Virus record (IMG/VR): IMGVR_UViG_3300005805_000467 | Span: 1 to 24,635 of that record | DNA: 24,635 nucleotides | DNA from: a virus | Lineage: Duplodnaviria > Caudoviricetes | Strand: one strand, 5' to 3' | Shown: in pieces, positions 8,323 to 17,048 of the stretch | How positions within the stretch are numbered: position 1 is the stretch's first letter | How the letters are laid out: each line of letters opens with the position of its first letter | The notes under the pieces: generated by a model | Databases searched by the model: none | What the model was told of the DNA's origin: nothing | The model's input: the letters and a program-made list of their open reading frames with translations, nothing else | Made by a program: the position numbers and the translations under genes

Positions 8323-8781
8323 ATGATAACGGCATTAAAAAATTACAGAAGAATATTTTCGCAGAATGGCGGAGGAGGAACAGGTGCCGGATTAAATTAT
8401 AAAGGTACGTGGGACGCTAATGCTAATTCACCTTTTTTACAAAGCAGCGTTGGTACAGCAGGAGATTATTATGTAGTTTCAACAGCAGGAAATACTAATT
8501 TAGACGGTATTACTGATTGGAACATTGATGATTGGGCTATATTCAACGGTACTGTTTGGCAAAAAATAGACAACAGTGAAACGGGTGATAAAAACTACGT
8601 TCACACTCAATCTGTTGCGGCAAGCACATGGAACGTTGCTCATAGTTTAGGGAAAAGATGTTCTGTTCAAGTAGTAGATAGTACTTTTGTTGAAATAGAA
8701 GCGGCTATAACTTGGACGGACGACAATAATGTTGTGGTCACATTTAATAGTGCAACAACTGGATACGTATATTGTAATTAA
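8323..8781 (+). CDS. Fibre-associated/adaptor protein
   Basis: 152 aa: Gly linker, YKGTWDA...GDYYVV...WQKIDN fibre module, and a C-terminal HTQS...WNVAHSLG...VQVVD domain. Confidence 0.55.
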   Translation: MITALKNYRRIFSQNGGGGTGAGLNYKGTWDANANSPFLQSSVGTAGDYYVVSTAGNTNLDGITDWNIDDWAIFNGTVWQKIDNSETGDKNYVHTQSVAASTWNVAHSLGKRCSVQVVDSTFVEIEAAITWTDDNNVVVTFNSATTGYVYCN

Positions 8782-8840
8782 AAAAATTCTATCAAGGTGA
8801 TAGAATATTAAATAAAAAAAACAAATAAAAAAACAAAAAA

Positions 8841-10166
8841 ATGGCAGTAGACAAAAAGTTTTTTGTAGATATTAATCTACAAGGCAACGCGTTAAACAAC
8901 GCAACGATTGGCACAAATTCGGACATGACCAAAGGTGGTTCGTTTCAGTTTGATGCAAGTACAGGCAGATTAGAGTATTTTGATGGTTCATTAACTCAAT
9001 CAGTAGCTAACCTTTCTGATATTTCGGCAGTAACAGGCGGTCTTATTCTTCAAGGAGGATATGACGCAGCTACAAACACTCCTGATATTGCTAATGGCGC
9101 AGCTTTAAAAGGTTACTTTTGGGTTGTAACAGCAGCAGGTTCTTTCTTAGGAGAATCAGTACAAGTTGGTGATTCAATTGTCGCTAAAGTTGATAATGCT
9201 GGTGCTTCTATTGGAGATTGGTTAATCCTTCAAGGTAATGTAGTTATTGCTACTGATTCAGTTGATGGTATTGTAAGATTAGCTACACAAGCAGAAGTTG
9301 ATGCTGGTACAGAAGGTGGAGCAGTAGTTTTAACACCTGCTACATTTGAGAACTCATCTCAATTGGCTATTGTTAGAGCTGATATTACTAACTTACAGAA
9401 TGATAAGTTAAACTTGCTTGGTGGTACAATGCAAGGTGACATTGACATGGATGGAAATGCTATTACCAACGTACCTGCTCCAGCTAATGGTGGTGATGCT
9501 GCTAACAAAACTTATGTAGATACTGCTGCATCAACAGCTCAATCAAATGCCGAAGCTACTGCTTCTGCTGATGCTACTGCAAAAGCTGATGCTGCACAAA
9601 CTGCTGCTGAAAGCTATGCTGATAGTTTAGCTCCTAATTATGATGCAGCAGGTTCAGCTGCTACTGCTGAAACTAATGCAAAGGCTTACGCTGATTCACT
9701 TGCTCCTAATTATGATGCTGCGGGAAGTGCTGCAACAGCAGAAACAAACGCTAAAGCATACGCTGATTCATTAGCTCCAAACTATGACCCTGCTGGTTCT
9801 GCTGCTACCGCAGAAAGTAATGCTAACTCATATACTAATTCAGCTATTTCTCAAGAAGTAATTGATAGAAATGCTGCTATTGCTACTGCTAAATCAGAAG
9901 CTATTTCTACTGCTAATACTTACACAAATAATCAAAGTACTGTTAAGTTTGTTGATACAACTGCGTGGGTTTTAAGTGGAGATTTTTATTATGCAGAAGT
10001 TTTACATACTTTAGGAAGTTATGTAAATTTTACTACAACTATGAATGCAGGACAAGTAGTTGAGTTTGCTGCTACTATGGGTAACGATAATATTGTATTA
10101 TTTTCTAATACTGTGCCATCCTCTCCTGTGTTAGTCCTTCTTAGTAAAGTTAATAATAATGGTTAA
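8841..10166 (+). CDS. Fibre protein 1 with coiled-coil repeats
   Basis: 441 aa: GIVRLATQAEVDAG fibre repeat, GGTMQGDIDMDGNAITNVPAP...DAANKTYVD neck motif, three 24-aa Ala-rich repeats. Confidence 0.7.
   Translation: MAVDKKFFVDINLQGNALNNATIGTNSDMTKGGSFQFDASTGRLEYFDGSLTQSVANLSDISAVTGGLILQGGYDAATNTPDIANGAALKGYFWVVTAAGSFLGESVQVGDSIVAKVDNAGASIGDWLILQGNVVIATDSVDGIVRLATQAEVDAGTEGGAVVLTPATFENSSQLAIVRADITNLQNDKLNLLGGTMQGDIDMDGNAITNVPAPANGGDAANKTYVDTAASTAQSNAEATASADATAKADAAQTAAESYADSLAPNYDAAGSAATAETNAKAYADSLAPNYDAAGSAATAETNAKAYADSLAPNYDPAGSAATAESNANSYTNSAISQEVIDRNAAIATAKSEAISTANTYTNNQSTVKFVDTTAWVLSGDFYYAEVLHTLGSYVNFTTTMNAGQVVEFAATMGNDNIVLFSNTVPSSPVLVLLSKVNNNG
9615..9830 (+). repeat. 3 x 72-bp in-frame tandem repeat (YADSLAPNYDAAGSAATAETNAKA)
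   Basis: Units start at 9615, 9687 and 9759. Units 1 and 2 are identical in protein; unit 3 differs at a few residues. Confidence 0.9.
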
Positions 10167-10188
10167 TTTATCTAAATAATAATTAAAT

Positions 10189-10222
10189 AATCCCTCTCTT
10201 GAAATATAGGGAGGGATATTTT
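10189..10222 (+). terminator. Probable intrinsic terminator between fibre genes
   Basis: ATCCCTCTCT-tgaaatat-AGGGAGGGAT followed by ATTTT (weak U tract). Confidence 0.6.
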
Positions 10223-10235
10223 AAAAAATAATAAT

Positions 10236-12788
10236 ATGTCAGAAAAAAAGTTTTATGTTGATGTAAATCTGCAAGACAATGAGGTTGTCAAGTTAAAGGC
10301 TGACACTTTAGATATTACAACAAATTTAGCAAGTGCTAATACAAAAAGAATAGTATATTACAATGGTGACTATTATTATTCAGATGGTACTAATTGGATA
10401 TTAGCATCCAATGTTGTCCCGACTGGCGGAACTACTGGTCAAGTATTAGCTAAAATTGACAGTACAGATTATAATACTCAGTGGGTTAATCAGTCTAGCG
10501 GTTTACCTCATGGAACTGCAAGCGGAACTGATACATACACGGTAACAATAAGCGGAGTTACTTCTTATAGTGACGGAGATGCTTATTTAATAAGATTTAC
10601 GAACGGAAATACAACTTCTTGTACTTTAAATATTAATTCTATTGGCGCAATACCGTTATACAGAAATAACGATGGTCAATTAATTGGTGGCGATATTGTG
10701 GCAAATGCTGAAATGCTTTGCGTTTATAATTCAACTTTAAACGTTTTTCAAGCTATTGGAACTGCTCCAAATACTTTGTTAGCCTATGTTACAAACGATG
10801 ATTCTGTAACTTTAACAAAAGGTATGCCTGTATATGCTTTTAGTGGTACAGGTGATCGAATGACTGTAAAAAGAGCGAAAAATACTACTGACGCTACATC
10901 TGCTCAAACTGTTGGGCTTGTATTATCAGCATCTATTGCAGCAAATCAAAAAGGATTAATAATGATGCAAGGTTTATTGGACGGATTGTCTATATTGCCT
11001 ACATCAACATTTGCAGACGGTGATGCTGTATATTTAGGGGCAACTGATGGTAGCATTACAAATATTAAACCTTCGGCTCCAAACCATTTAGTTTATTTAG
11101 GAGTTGTTACGACAGCGAGCAATGGTAGTTCAGGCAGAATGTATGTGCGTGTGCAAAACGGGTACGAATTACAGGAGCTTCATAACGTGAGTATAGACGG
11201 TGGAACATTAGCAAACGACCAAGTTTTAACTTACGAATCAGCAACACAACTTTGGAAAAATAAAACAATACCTACTGCATTAGGATATACGCCTGAAAAT
11301 GTTGCCAATAAAGAAAATACAACTTTAGATAATAGCACGACTAAATATCCAACAAATAATTTAGTTAAAACTAATATTGACACAAAGGTAACTGCAAATA
11401 CCACTATTACGGGAGCTACAAAAACTAAAATAACTTATGATAGTAAGGGATTAGTTACAAGTGGTGCAGATGCAACTACAGCAGATATTGCTGATAGTCT
11501 TAACAAAAGATATGTAACCGACGCTAACTTAACTGTTATTGGAAATACTAGTGGAACAAATACGGGTGACGAAACCAATACCACTATTAAGACAAAGTTA
11601 GGAGCGGCAAGTACTACAACCGATGGATATTTAACATCAACGGATTGGAATACTTTTAACGGAAAACAAAACGCTTTAGGTTTTACACCTGAAAATGTAG
11701 CAAACAAATCAACAGATACCAATTTAGGAACAAGTAATACTTTGTATCCTACACAAAACGCTGTTAAGACGTATGCTGATAATCTTTTAGGAAATGCAAA
11801 CGCTTTAGTTTATAAAGGAGTTATTGATTGTTCAGGAAACCCTAATTATCCAGCGGCAAACGCGGGTGAGTTATATATCGCTAGTGTAGCAGGTAAAATT
11901 GGTGGAGCGTCAGGAATTGATGTAGAAGTTGGAGATATGATTATATGTAATACCGACAGTACTCCAAGCGGAGATCAAGCAACTGTTGGTGCGTATTGGA
12001 ATATCATTCAAAAAAATATAATTGGTGCTGTTACGGGACCTGCAAGTTCTACAAATGGAAATGTAGCATTTTTTGATGGCGTAACCGGTAAAGTTATTAA
12101 AGATAGTGGTATAACATTATCAGGAACCAATACTGGTGATCAAACTTTATCTGGATTAGGCGGAGTTCCTACAACAAGAACAGTGTCAACAACGTCACCT
12201 TTAAGTGGTGGAGGAGATTTAAGTGCTGATAGAACATTAAGTATTGCTGACGCTGTGGCGGATGGAGCCACAAAGGGAGCCGCTGCATTTACAGCAAACG
12301 ATTTTAATTCGGCAAGTGGAGTTATATCTATTGATTATGCAAATGGTCAAAAAGCAAGTTCAACTCAAGACGGTTTTTTAAGTTCTGCTAATTGGAGTAC
12401 ATTTAATGGCAAACAAGATGCTTTAGGATTTACTCCTGAAGATGTTGCTAATAAGAAAACAACAATGACAGGTAATACAACTTCAAATGTATTTTACCTA
12501 ACAGCAAAAGCAATATACGATTGGGCAACCGGATTATTTGTTCAAACAACAAGAAATTTAACAGTAAATGGTACAAGTGCTGATTTAAGCGCAGATAGAA
12601 CATTTACGGTTACAGACGCTAATTTATCAACAAGTGATATTACTACTAACGATGTCAGCACAACTAAACATGGCTTTGCGCCTAAATTACCAAATGACGC
12701 AACAAAGTATTTAGACGGTACAGGAAACTATTCAACTCCGGCAGGTGGCGGAGGAGGAGATATATTACAATTTCAAGTATTTTCATAA
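10236..12788 (+). CDS. Long mosaic fibre protein 2
   Basis: 850 aa, Thr/Gly/Asn-rich, built from fibre modules: GGTTGQVLAK, KITYDSKGLVTSG, three ALG(Y/F)TPE(N/D)VANK, two SGTNTGD, two DLSADRT. Confidence 0.75.
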   Translation: MSEKKFYVDVNLQDNEVVKLKADTLDITTNLASANTKRIVYYNGDYYYSDGTNWILASNVVPTGGTTGQVLAKIDSTDYNTQWVNQSSGLPHGTASGTDTYTVTISGVTSYSDGDAYLIRFTNGNTTSCTLNINSIGAIPLYRNNDGQLIGGDIVANAEMLCVYNSTLNVFQAIGTAPNTLLAYVTNDDSVTLTKGMPVYAFSGTGDRMTVKRAKNTTDATSAQTVGLVLSASIAANQKGLIMMQGLLDGLSILPTSTFADGDAVYLGATDGSITNIKPSAPNHLVYLGVVTTASNGSSGRMYVRVQNGYELQELHNVSIDGGTLANDQVLTYESATQLWKNKTIPTALGYTPENVANKENTTLDNSTTKYPTNNLVKTNIDTKVTANTTITGATKTKITYDSKGLVTSGADATTADIADSLNKRYVTDANLTVIGNTSGTNTGDETNTTIKTKLGAASTTTDGYLTSTDWNTFNGKQNALGFTPENVANKSTDTNLGTSNTLYPTQNAVKTYADNLLGNANALVYKGVIDCSGNPNYPAANAGELYIASVAGKIGGASGIDVEVGDMIICNTDSTPSGDQATVGAYWNIIQKNIIGAVTGPASSTNGNVAFFDGVTGKVIKDSGITLSGTNTGDQTLSGLGGVPTTRTVSTTSPLSGGGDLSADRTLSIADAVADGATKGAAAFTANDFNSASGVISIDYANGQKASSTQDGFLSSANWSTFNGKQDALGFTPEDVANKKTTMTGNTTSNVFYLTAKAIYDWATGLFVQTTRNLTVNGTSADLSADRTFTVTDANLSTSDITTNDVSTTKHGFAPKLPNDATKYLDGTGNYSTPAGGGGGDILQFQVFS
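11277..12455 (+). repeat. Dispersed protein-level repeats in fibre 2
   Basis: ALG(Y/F)TPE(N/D)VANK at about 11277, 11673 and 12420. The last two are preceded by DG(Y/F)L(T/S)SxxWxTFNGKQ (about 11622 and 12369). Confidence 0.8.
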
Positions 12789-12805
12789 TTAAAATAAACA
12801 AAAAA

Positions 12806-13168
12806 ATGGCAACATTTACAAAAGAATTATTAAGCGGTTCAACGGGCGGTAGACCTATAAAGGTTGTAGCAACAGCTACGGCAGGAACAACAATTCACGC
12901 TACGGGAACAAGTTCTTCTATAATAGATGAAGTTTGGTTGTATGCTAATAATACTTCAGCATCTTCCGTTGATTTAACAATAGAGTACGGTGGCACATCA
13001 AATCCTGACGATTTAATTATAGTATCAATACCTGCTAAAAGCGGATTAAGTATTGTTGCTCCGGGATTAGTATTAAAAGGTGATGGCGCTGCTGCAAGAA
13101 CAATAAGAGCTTTTGCGAGTTCAGCAAATGTAATAAACATAGTAGGATACGTAAATAGAATTAGCTAA
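12806..13168 (+). CDS. Small beta-sandwich protein, putative fibre-tip adaptor
   Basis: 120 aa (DEVWLYANNT, VDLTIEYGG, IRAFAS, INIVGYVNRIS). It is coupled to the next gene by a TAATG overlap. Confidence 0.55.
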   Translation: MATFTKELLSGSTGGRPIKVVATATAGTTIHATGTSSSIIDEVWLYANNTSASSVDLTIEYGGTSNPDDLIIVSIPAKSGLSIVAPGLVLKGDGAAARTIRAFASSANVINIVGYVNRIS

Positions 13169-13989
13169 TGAGTTCAAGATTTGGTTCAAGGACGGATAGT
13201 GGAATAATACGTGATTTTATAGAAAGTTACGATGGTGATGCTGCAAATTATTTTCGAGCTAATACAGCAATAACAAGTGATGCAGATAAAAACGCTATTA
13301 ACACCTTTTATTTAGGTCTTAAAAGTGACGGCATTTATACTAAGATTAAGGCGATGTACCTGCCTATTTGGGGAAGTGCAGCAAGTTGCAAATGGAATTT
13401 GGTTAACCCTTTAGATACTGATGCTGCTTTTAGATTAACTTTTTCAACAGGATTAACTTATTCAAGTAGTGGAATTACAGGAAATGGAACAAGCTCGTAT
13501 ATAAATACTTATTTTAACATGAATGGTTACAGAGATAGTAATCATGGGATAGTATATGTGCAAACAAACTTAAACGGCGGTTATAATGAGTATGGTGCAG
13601 CAACAGCAGTAAATGTTAGTGTATTTGCTAATGGAACAAATAATGCAAATATATGTTATACACAAAACCACGTTAATAATTCTTTTTTAAGTTATTCAAA
13701 CACAAATGGAAGCGGTCTTTATGTTAATAAAAGAGAAAGTTCAACTAGTGGTTTTAAAACATTTAGAAACGGAGTATTAAAAGCTACTGACACAAATAGC
13801 ATTGGCAATCAAATTCCGCACAATATTTATTTATTTGCTCGTAATGTTGCTGATTCAAGTATAATTGCTTATTCTTCAAATAAAGATAGTTTCTTTTGTT
13901 TTGGAAATGGTTTAACAGATACTGAAGTAACAAATATAAGTAGTAGAATAAACACATTAATGACATATTTTGGAATAAACGTATATTAA
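13168..13989 (+). CDS. Putative receptor-binding protein A (helical N-domain + ConA/LamG-like domain)
   Basis: 273 aa: GNGTSSYINT, TFRNGVL, IYLFARN, FFCFGNGLTDTEV fit a LamG-like lectin pattern. Paralog of 14223..15059. Confidence 0.6.
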   Translation: MSSRFGSRTDSGIIRDFIESYDGDAANYFRANTAITSDADKNAINTFYLGLKSDGIYTKIKAMYLPIWGSAASCKWNLVNPLDTDAAFRLTFSTGLTYSSSGITGNGTSSYINTYFNMNGYRDSNHGIVYVQTNLNGGYNEYGAATAVNVSVFANGTNNANICYTQNHVNNSFLSYSNTNGSGLYVNKRESSTSGFKTFRNGVLKATDTNSIGNQIPHNIYLFARNVADSSIIAYSSNKDSFFCFGNGLTDTEVTNISSRINTLMTYFGINVY

Positions 13990-13990
13990 A

Positions 13991-14218
13991 ATGGAAGGCA
14001 GAATAGTAACAAACGAACAGGCAGAACAATTACAAGGAGTGTTCATTGATGCCGACACATTTTTTAATTTTGTTCAGGATATAAACGATAATTACTTTTT
14101 GTTTTTATCAGCACAAGACGAACAAGATATATCTAAAACGGAATACGCTTACTTATTGGATATTCCATTAAGTCCTTATGAGCCTAAGCCTGCTCCTCCA
14201 TTCCCACCAATAGAATAA
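13991..14218 (+). CDS. Small acidic RBP partner/chaperone A
   Basis: 75 aa with a Pro-rich C-terminus (PKPAPPFPP); 64/75 identical to 15061..15288 by manual alignment. Confidence 0.6.
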   Translation: MEGRIVTNEQAEQLQGVFIDADTFFNFVQDINDNYFLFLSAQDEQDISKTEYAYLLDIPLSPYEPKPAPPFPPIE

Positions 14219-14222
14219 TATT

Positions 14223-15059
14223 ATGAGTAATATAAAATTCGGATTAAGAACAAGAAAGGGTTTAATAAGACCCATAATAGAATCTTCGGATTATGATATA
14301 GATGCAAGAGCGTATTTTGCAGCTAATACCGCTATTACTTCTCCTTTGGATAAAAAGGCTATTAGTGATTTTTATGGTGGATTAAAATCAGACGGTGTTT
14401 ATACTAAAATAAAAGCAATGTACTTGCCTATTTGGGGAAGTGCAGCGGCTTGTAAATGGAATTTGGTTAATCCATTAGATAGTGATGCTGCTTACCGAGC
14501 AACATTTACAACTGGCATTACTTATTCAAGTAGTGGTATTTTGTTTAATGGCACATCATCATACATGGATACAAAGTTTGTCCCATCAACAGGATTTACC
14601 TCTATTAATGCAAGTGGTTTTAGCTTTTATCAAAGAACAACTAATAGTGACACATCAAATCATGGTTGTATTCCGTCAAGCACAAATGATAGGTTTTATT
14701 TTGCTCCTCAATCAACTTATTATCAAATACAAGGTACAGAGGGGGCAACTTATTGGAACACTTACGCAAATGCTGATAGAAAAGGATTTTACACAAATTC
14801 AAGACGTGCAAATAATGATAGGGAAACTTATAAAAATGGAGCATCAAAAGCTACAAATACAGCTAATGATACTGGAGGAGCATTATCTTCTATAAATTTT
14901 TATATAGGTGCAGCAAATGGTCCCTTTATTAGTTCAACTTATTCAGCAAATCAAATATCTTTTGCATGTTTAGATACAGGATTAACAGATAGTGAAGCAA
15001 GTAATTTAAGCAGTAGGGTAAATACATTAATGACATATTTCGGAATAAACGTATATTAA
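14223..15059 (+). CDS. Putative receptor-binding protein B (paralog of A)
   Basis: 278 aa sharing YTKIKAMYLPIWGSAA.CKWNLVNPLD and NTLMTYFGINVY with A; the central part is divergent. Confidence 0.6.
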   Translation: MSNIKFGLRTRKGLIRPIIESSDYDIDARAYFAANTAITSPLDKKAISDFYGGLKSDGVYTKIKAMYLPIWGSAAACKWNLVNPLDSDAAYRATFTTGITYSSSGILFNGTSSYMDTKFVPSTGFTSINASGFSFYQRTTNSDTSNHGCIPSSTNDRFYFAPQSTYYQIQGTEGATYWNTYANADRKGFYTNSRRANNDRETYKNGASKATNTANDTGGALSSINFYIGAANGPFISSTYSANQISFACLDTGLTDSEASNLSSRVNTLMTYFGINVY

Positions 15060-15060
15060 A

Positions 15061-15288
15061 ATGGAAGGTAGAATAGTAACAAACCAACAAGCAGAACAAT
15101 TACAAGGAGTGTTTATTGATGCCGACACATTTTTTAATTTCGTTCAGGATATAAACGGAATATATTTTTTATTTTTAAGTGAACAGGATGAGCAGGATAT
15201 TGCACAAACGGAATATGCTTATTTGTTAGAAATTCCATTAAGTCCATATATTCCACCACCAAGCCCACCATTTCCACCAATTAATTAA
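15061..15288 (+). CDS. Small acidic RBP partner/chaperone B
   Basis: 75 aa paralog of 13991..14218. Confidence 0.6.
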   Translation: MEGRIVTNQQAEQLQGVFIDADTFFNFVQDINGIYFLFLSEQDEQDIAQTEYAYLLEIPLSPYIPPPSPPFPPIN

Positions 15289-15290
15289 TT

Positions 15291-15605
15291 ATGAAGGAAT
15301 TTATTGAGCAATTAGGAATAAACATAGCAATATCAATTGCTGGGTTATTTGGCTCATTGTTAATGATAGGAAAAACCGCTGCTCAAACTTGGAAAATGAC
15401 AATATTTTCTATGCTTTCCGGAATAGCTTGCGCTAACTACATAACGCCAATAATATTAGATATGACAAGAATGGATATTAAATATCAAGTGTCGGTAGGA
15501 TTTGTGCTAGGGTTTTTAGGGTTACGCTCTGTTGAAATGATAAGTAAAAAATTAATTAAAGAAGAAAAAAATGGAAACAAGTCAATTAATAAATCTGATA
15601 GCTAA
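15291..15605 (+). CDS. Putative holin (about 3 TM segments)
   Basis: 104 aa with three hydrophobic segments, GFVLGFLG, and a basic C-tail; upstream of the endolysin. Confidence 0.6.
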   Translation: MKEFIEQLGINIAISIAGLFGSLLMIGKTAAQTWKMTIFSMLSGIACANYITPIILDMTRMDIKYQVSVGFVLGFLGLRSVEMISKKLIKEEKNGNKSINKSDS

Positions 15606-15855
15606 TATACTTTTAACAATAGGAATTACATTGTTTATGGTATTTGTTTATGGTAGATCTACCATGATTGACAAACTGCCATTTTTAGAAAGAATTATAA
15701 TTAAAATTGCATTAGCAATGACCGCTTGTGGTTCTTTATTTAACGTTCTTACTTTAGCGGCTTCTCACCCCTCTGAAATATTATTTAATTCAGGACTAGC
15801 AATAGTTTTTGTTTGGGCTGCATGGTTCCATTTCAAGTATTTTGTTAATAAGTAA
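15571..15855 (+). CDS. Small membrane protein (about 3 TM), lysis cassette
   Basis: 94 aa, three hydrophobic stretches; overlaps the previous gene by 35 nt. Confidence 0.5.
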   Translation: METSQLINLIANILLTIGITLFMVFVYGRSTMIDKLPFLERIIIKIALAMTACGSLFNVLTLAASHPSEILFNSGLAIVFVWAAWFHFKYFVNK

Positions 15856-15880
15856 AAGTGCTTAAAAAAATAAAATAAAT

Positions 15881-15888
15881 TAAATTTG
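15881..15888 (+). promoter_or_regulatory. Possible -7 promoter element inside the lysis cassette
   Basis: TAAATTTG (fits TAnnTTTG) in the only intergenic gap of the cassette, 7 nt before ATG 15896. Confidence 0.45.
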
Positions 15889-15895
15889 AAAAAAA

Positions 15896-16108
15896 ATGGA
15901 AATGGATTACACCATATATAGATTATTACTTTGGGCAGTACCTATAATGTTAGGAATATTAGGATTTATAGGAGCTTTAGCTGTTAAAGCATTAATGAAG
16001 TTATCAAACGATGTTGGCGAAATAAAAGTTGATATTAGAGAAATTGCTGTAAAGCATGAAGATTTAGAAGATAGAATTGTAAGAATAGAAAACAAAGTAT
16101 TTTCATGA
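15896..16108 (+). CDS. Single-TM + coiled-coil protein (holin/antiholin-like)
   Basis: 70 aa: LLLWAVPIMLGILGFIGALAV followed by heptads ending LEDRIVRIE; ATGA overlap with the endolysin. Confidence 0.55.
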   Translation: MEMDYTIYRLLLWAVPIMLGILGFIGALAVKALMKLSNDVGEIKVDIREIAVKHEDLEDRIVRIENKVFS

Positions 16109-16764
16109 AACTAACACAAACTCCTTTTTCCGCAAATCAATACATTGCAGAAGAGCATCCAAAAAAACAAATTTATTTACATCACACGGCAGGGTCAGCA
16201 GACCCTTTTGCAGTTTTTAAGGTATGGGAAAACAATCCTGAAAGAATTGCTACTTGCGTTACTGTTGGAGGTAAACCAACTAAAACTGCAAAATGGATTG
16301 ATGGGGAAGTGGTTCAAGGATTCAGTAGTAAACATTGGGCGTATCATTTAGGATTAAAAGAATCTACATTCCAAAAATTCAAATTACCTTACAAATCATT
16401 AGATAAAACATCAACAGGTATTGAGGTTTGTAATTTTGGAGTATTAACATATAAAGAAGGTAAATTTTATACTTACGTAAATTCGGTTATACCTGAAGAA
16501 GATGTGATAACATTGCCAAAAGAATATAAAGGATATAAGTATGTTCATGCTTATACCGATGCTCAAATACAAGCTATAAAAGAATTGTTATTGCTTTGGA
16601 AAGAAAAATATAATATCCCACTAACATACAACGAAGATATTTGGGATGTAACTCCAAGAGCGCTGAAAGGTGACGCTGGCGTATTTACTCATAATTCAGT
16701 ACGTTATGATAAAATAGATGTAACTCCGCAACCAAAATTAATAGAAATGCTTAAATCGTTATGA
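16105..16764 (+). CDS. Endolysin, N-acetylmuramoyl-L-alanine amidase (Amidase_2 type)
   Basis: IYLHHTAG, WAYHLG, STGIEVCN, YTDAQI and FTHNSVRYDKID give the Zn-binding His/His/Asp layout of type-2 amidases. Confidence 0.85.
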   Translation: MKLTQTPFSANQYIAEEHPKKQIYLHHTAGSADPFAVFKVWENNPERIATCVTVGGKPTKTAKWIDGEVVQGFSSKHWAYHLGLKESTFQKFKLPYKSLDKTSTGIEVCNFGVLTYKEGKFYTYVNSVIPEEDVITLPKEYKGYKYVHAYTDAQIQAIKELLLLWKEKYNIPLTYNEDIWDVTPRALKGDAGVFTHNSVRYDKIDVTPQPKLIEMLKSL

Positions 16765-17048
16765 GAGAAATTTATAATAAATTCTTAGGGTCTTTTGATA
16801 CTGTAACCAAAAATTCGTTTTCTGCAAGAAAATTAACTGCTTTTACCATTACTATAATGGTTGTTGTAGCTCATGTTATTTGGATAAAGAACAGTCATTT
16901 TAAATCAGATTTCAGTTTATTGCCTGAAATATTACTTATTGACTACGGAATGATTTCTGTGTGCTTAGGATTAACTACATTTGAAAATATAAAATTAAAA
17001 AATGACAAAAAGCCTACTGATAACACTGCTTCTACTGACGTTCCTTAG
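16761..17048 (+). CDS. Two-TM membrane protein (holin-like)
   Basis: 95 aa: SARKL followed by two hydrophobic helices and LGLTTFE; ATGA overlap with the endolysin. Confidence 0.5.
   Translation: MREIYNKFLGSFDTVTKNSFSARKLTAFTITIMVVVAHVIWIKNSHFKSDFSLLPEILLIDYGMISVCLGLTTFENIKLKNDKKPTDNTASTDVP

Larger units (their letters stand above)
13168..15288 (+). repeat. Tandem duplication of a two-gene unit (period about 1.06-1.07 kb)
   Basis: 13954-14087 versus 15024-15157 match at 128/134 nt by manual count. TGCCTATTTGGGGAAGTGCAGC occurs at both 13361 and 14425. Confidence 0.9.

Noticed and set aside
9615-9830. CRISPR array or non-coding repeat
   Set aside because: The 72-bp units are in-frame, have no spacers and are conserved at protein rather than DNA level.
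13168-15288. Diversity-generating retroelement (TR/VR pair)
   Set aside because: Both copies are intact genes, mismatches are mostly synonymous C/T changes rather than adenine-specific, and no reverse transcriptase is in the window.
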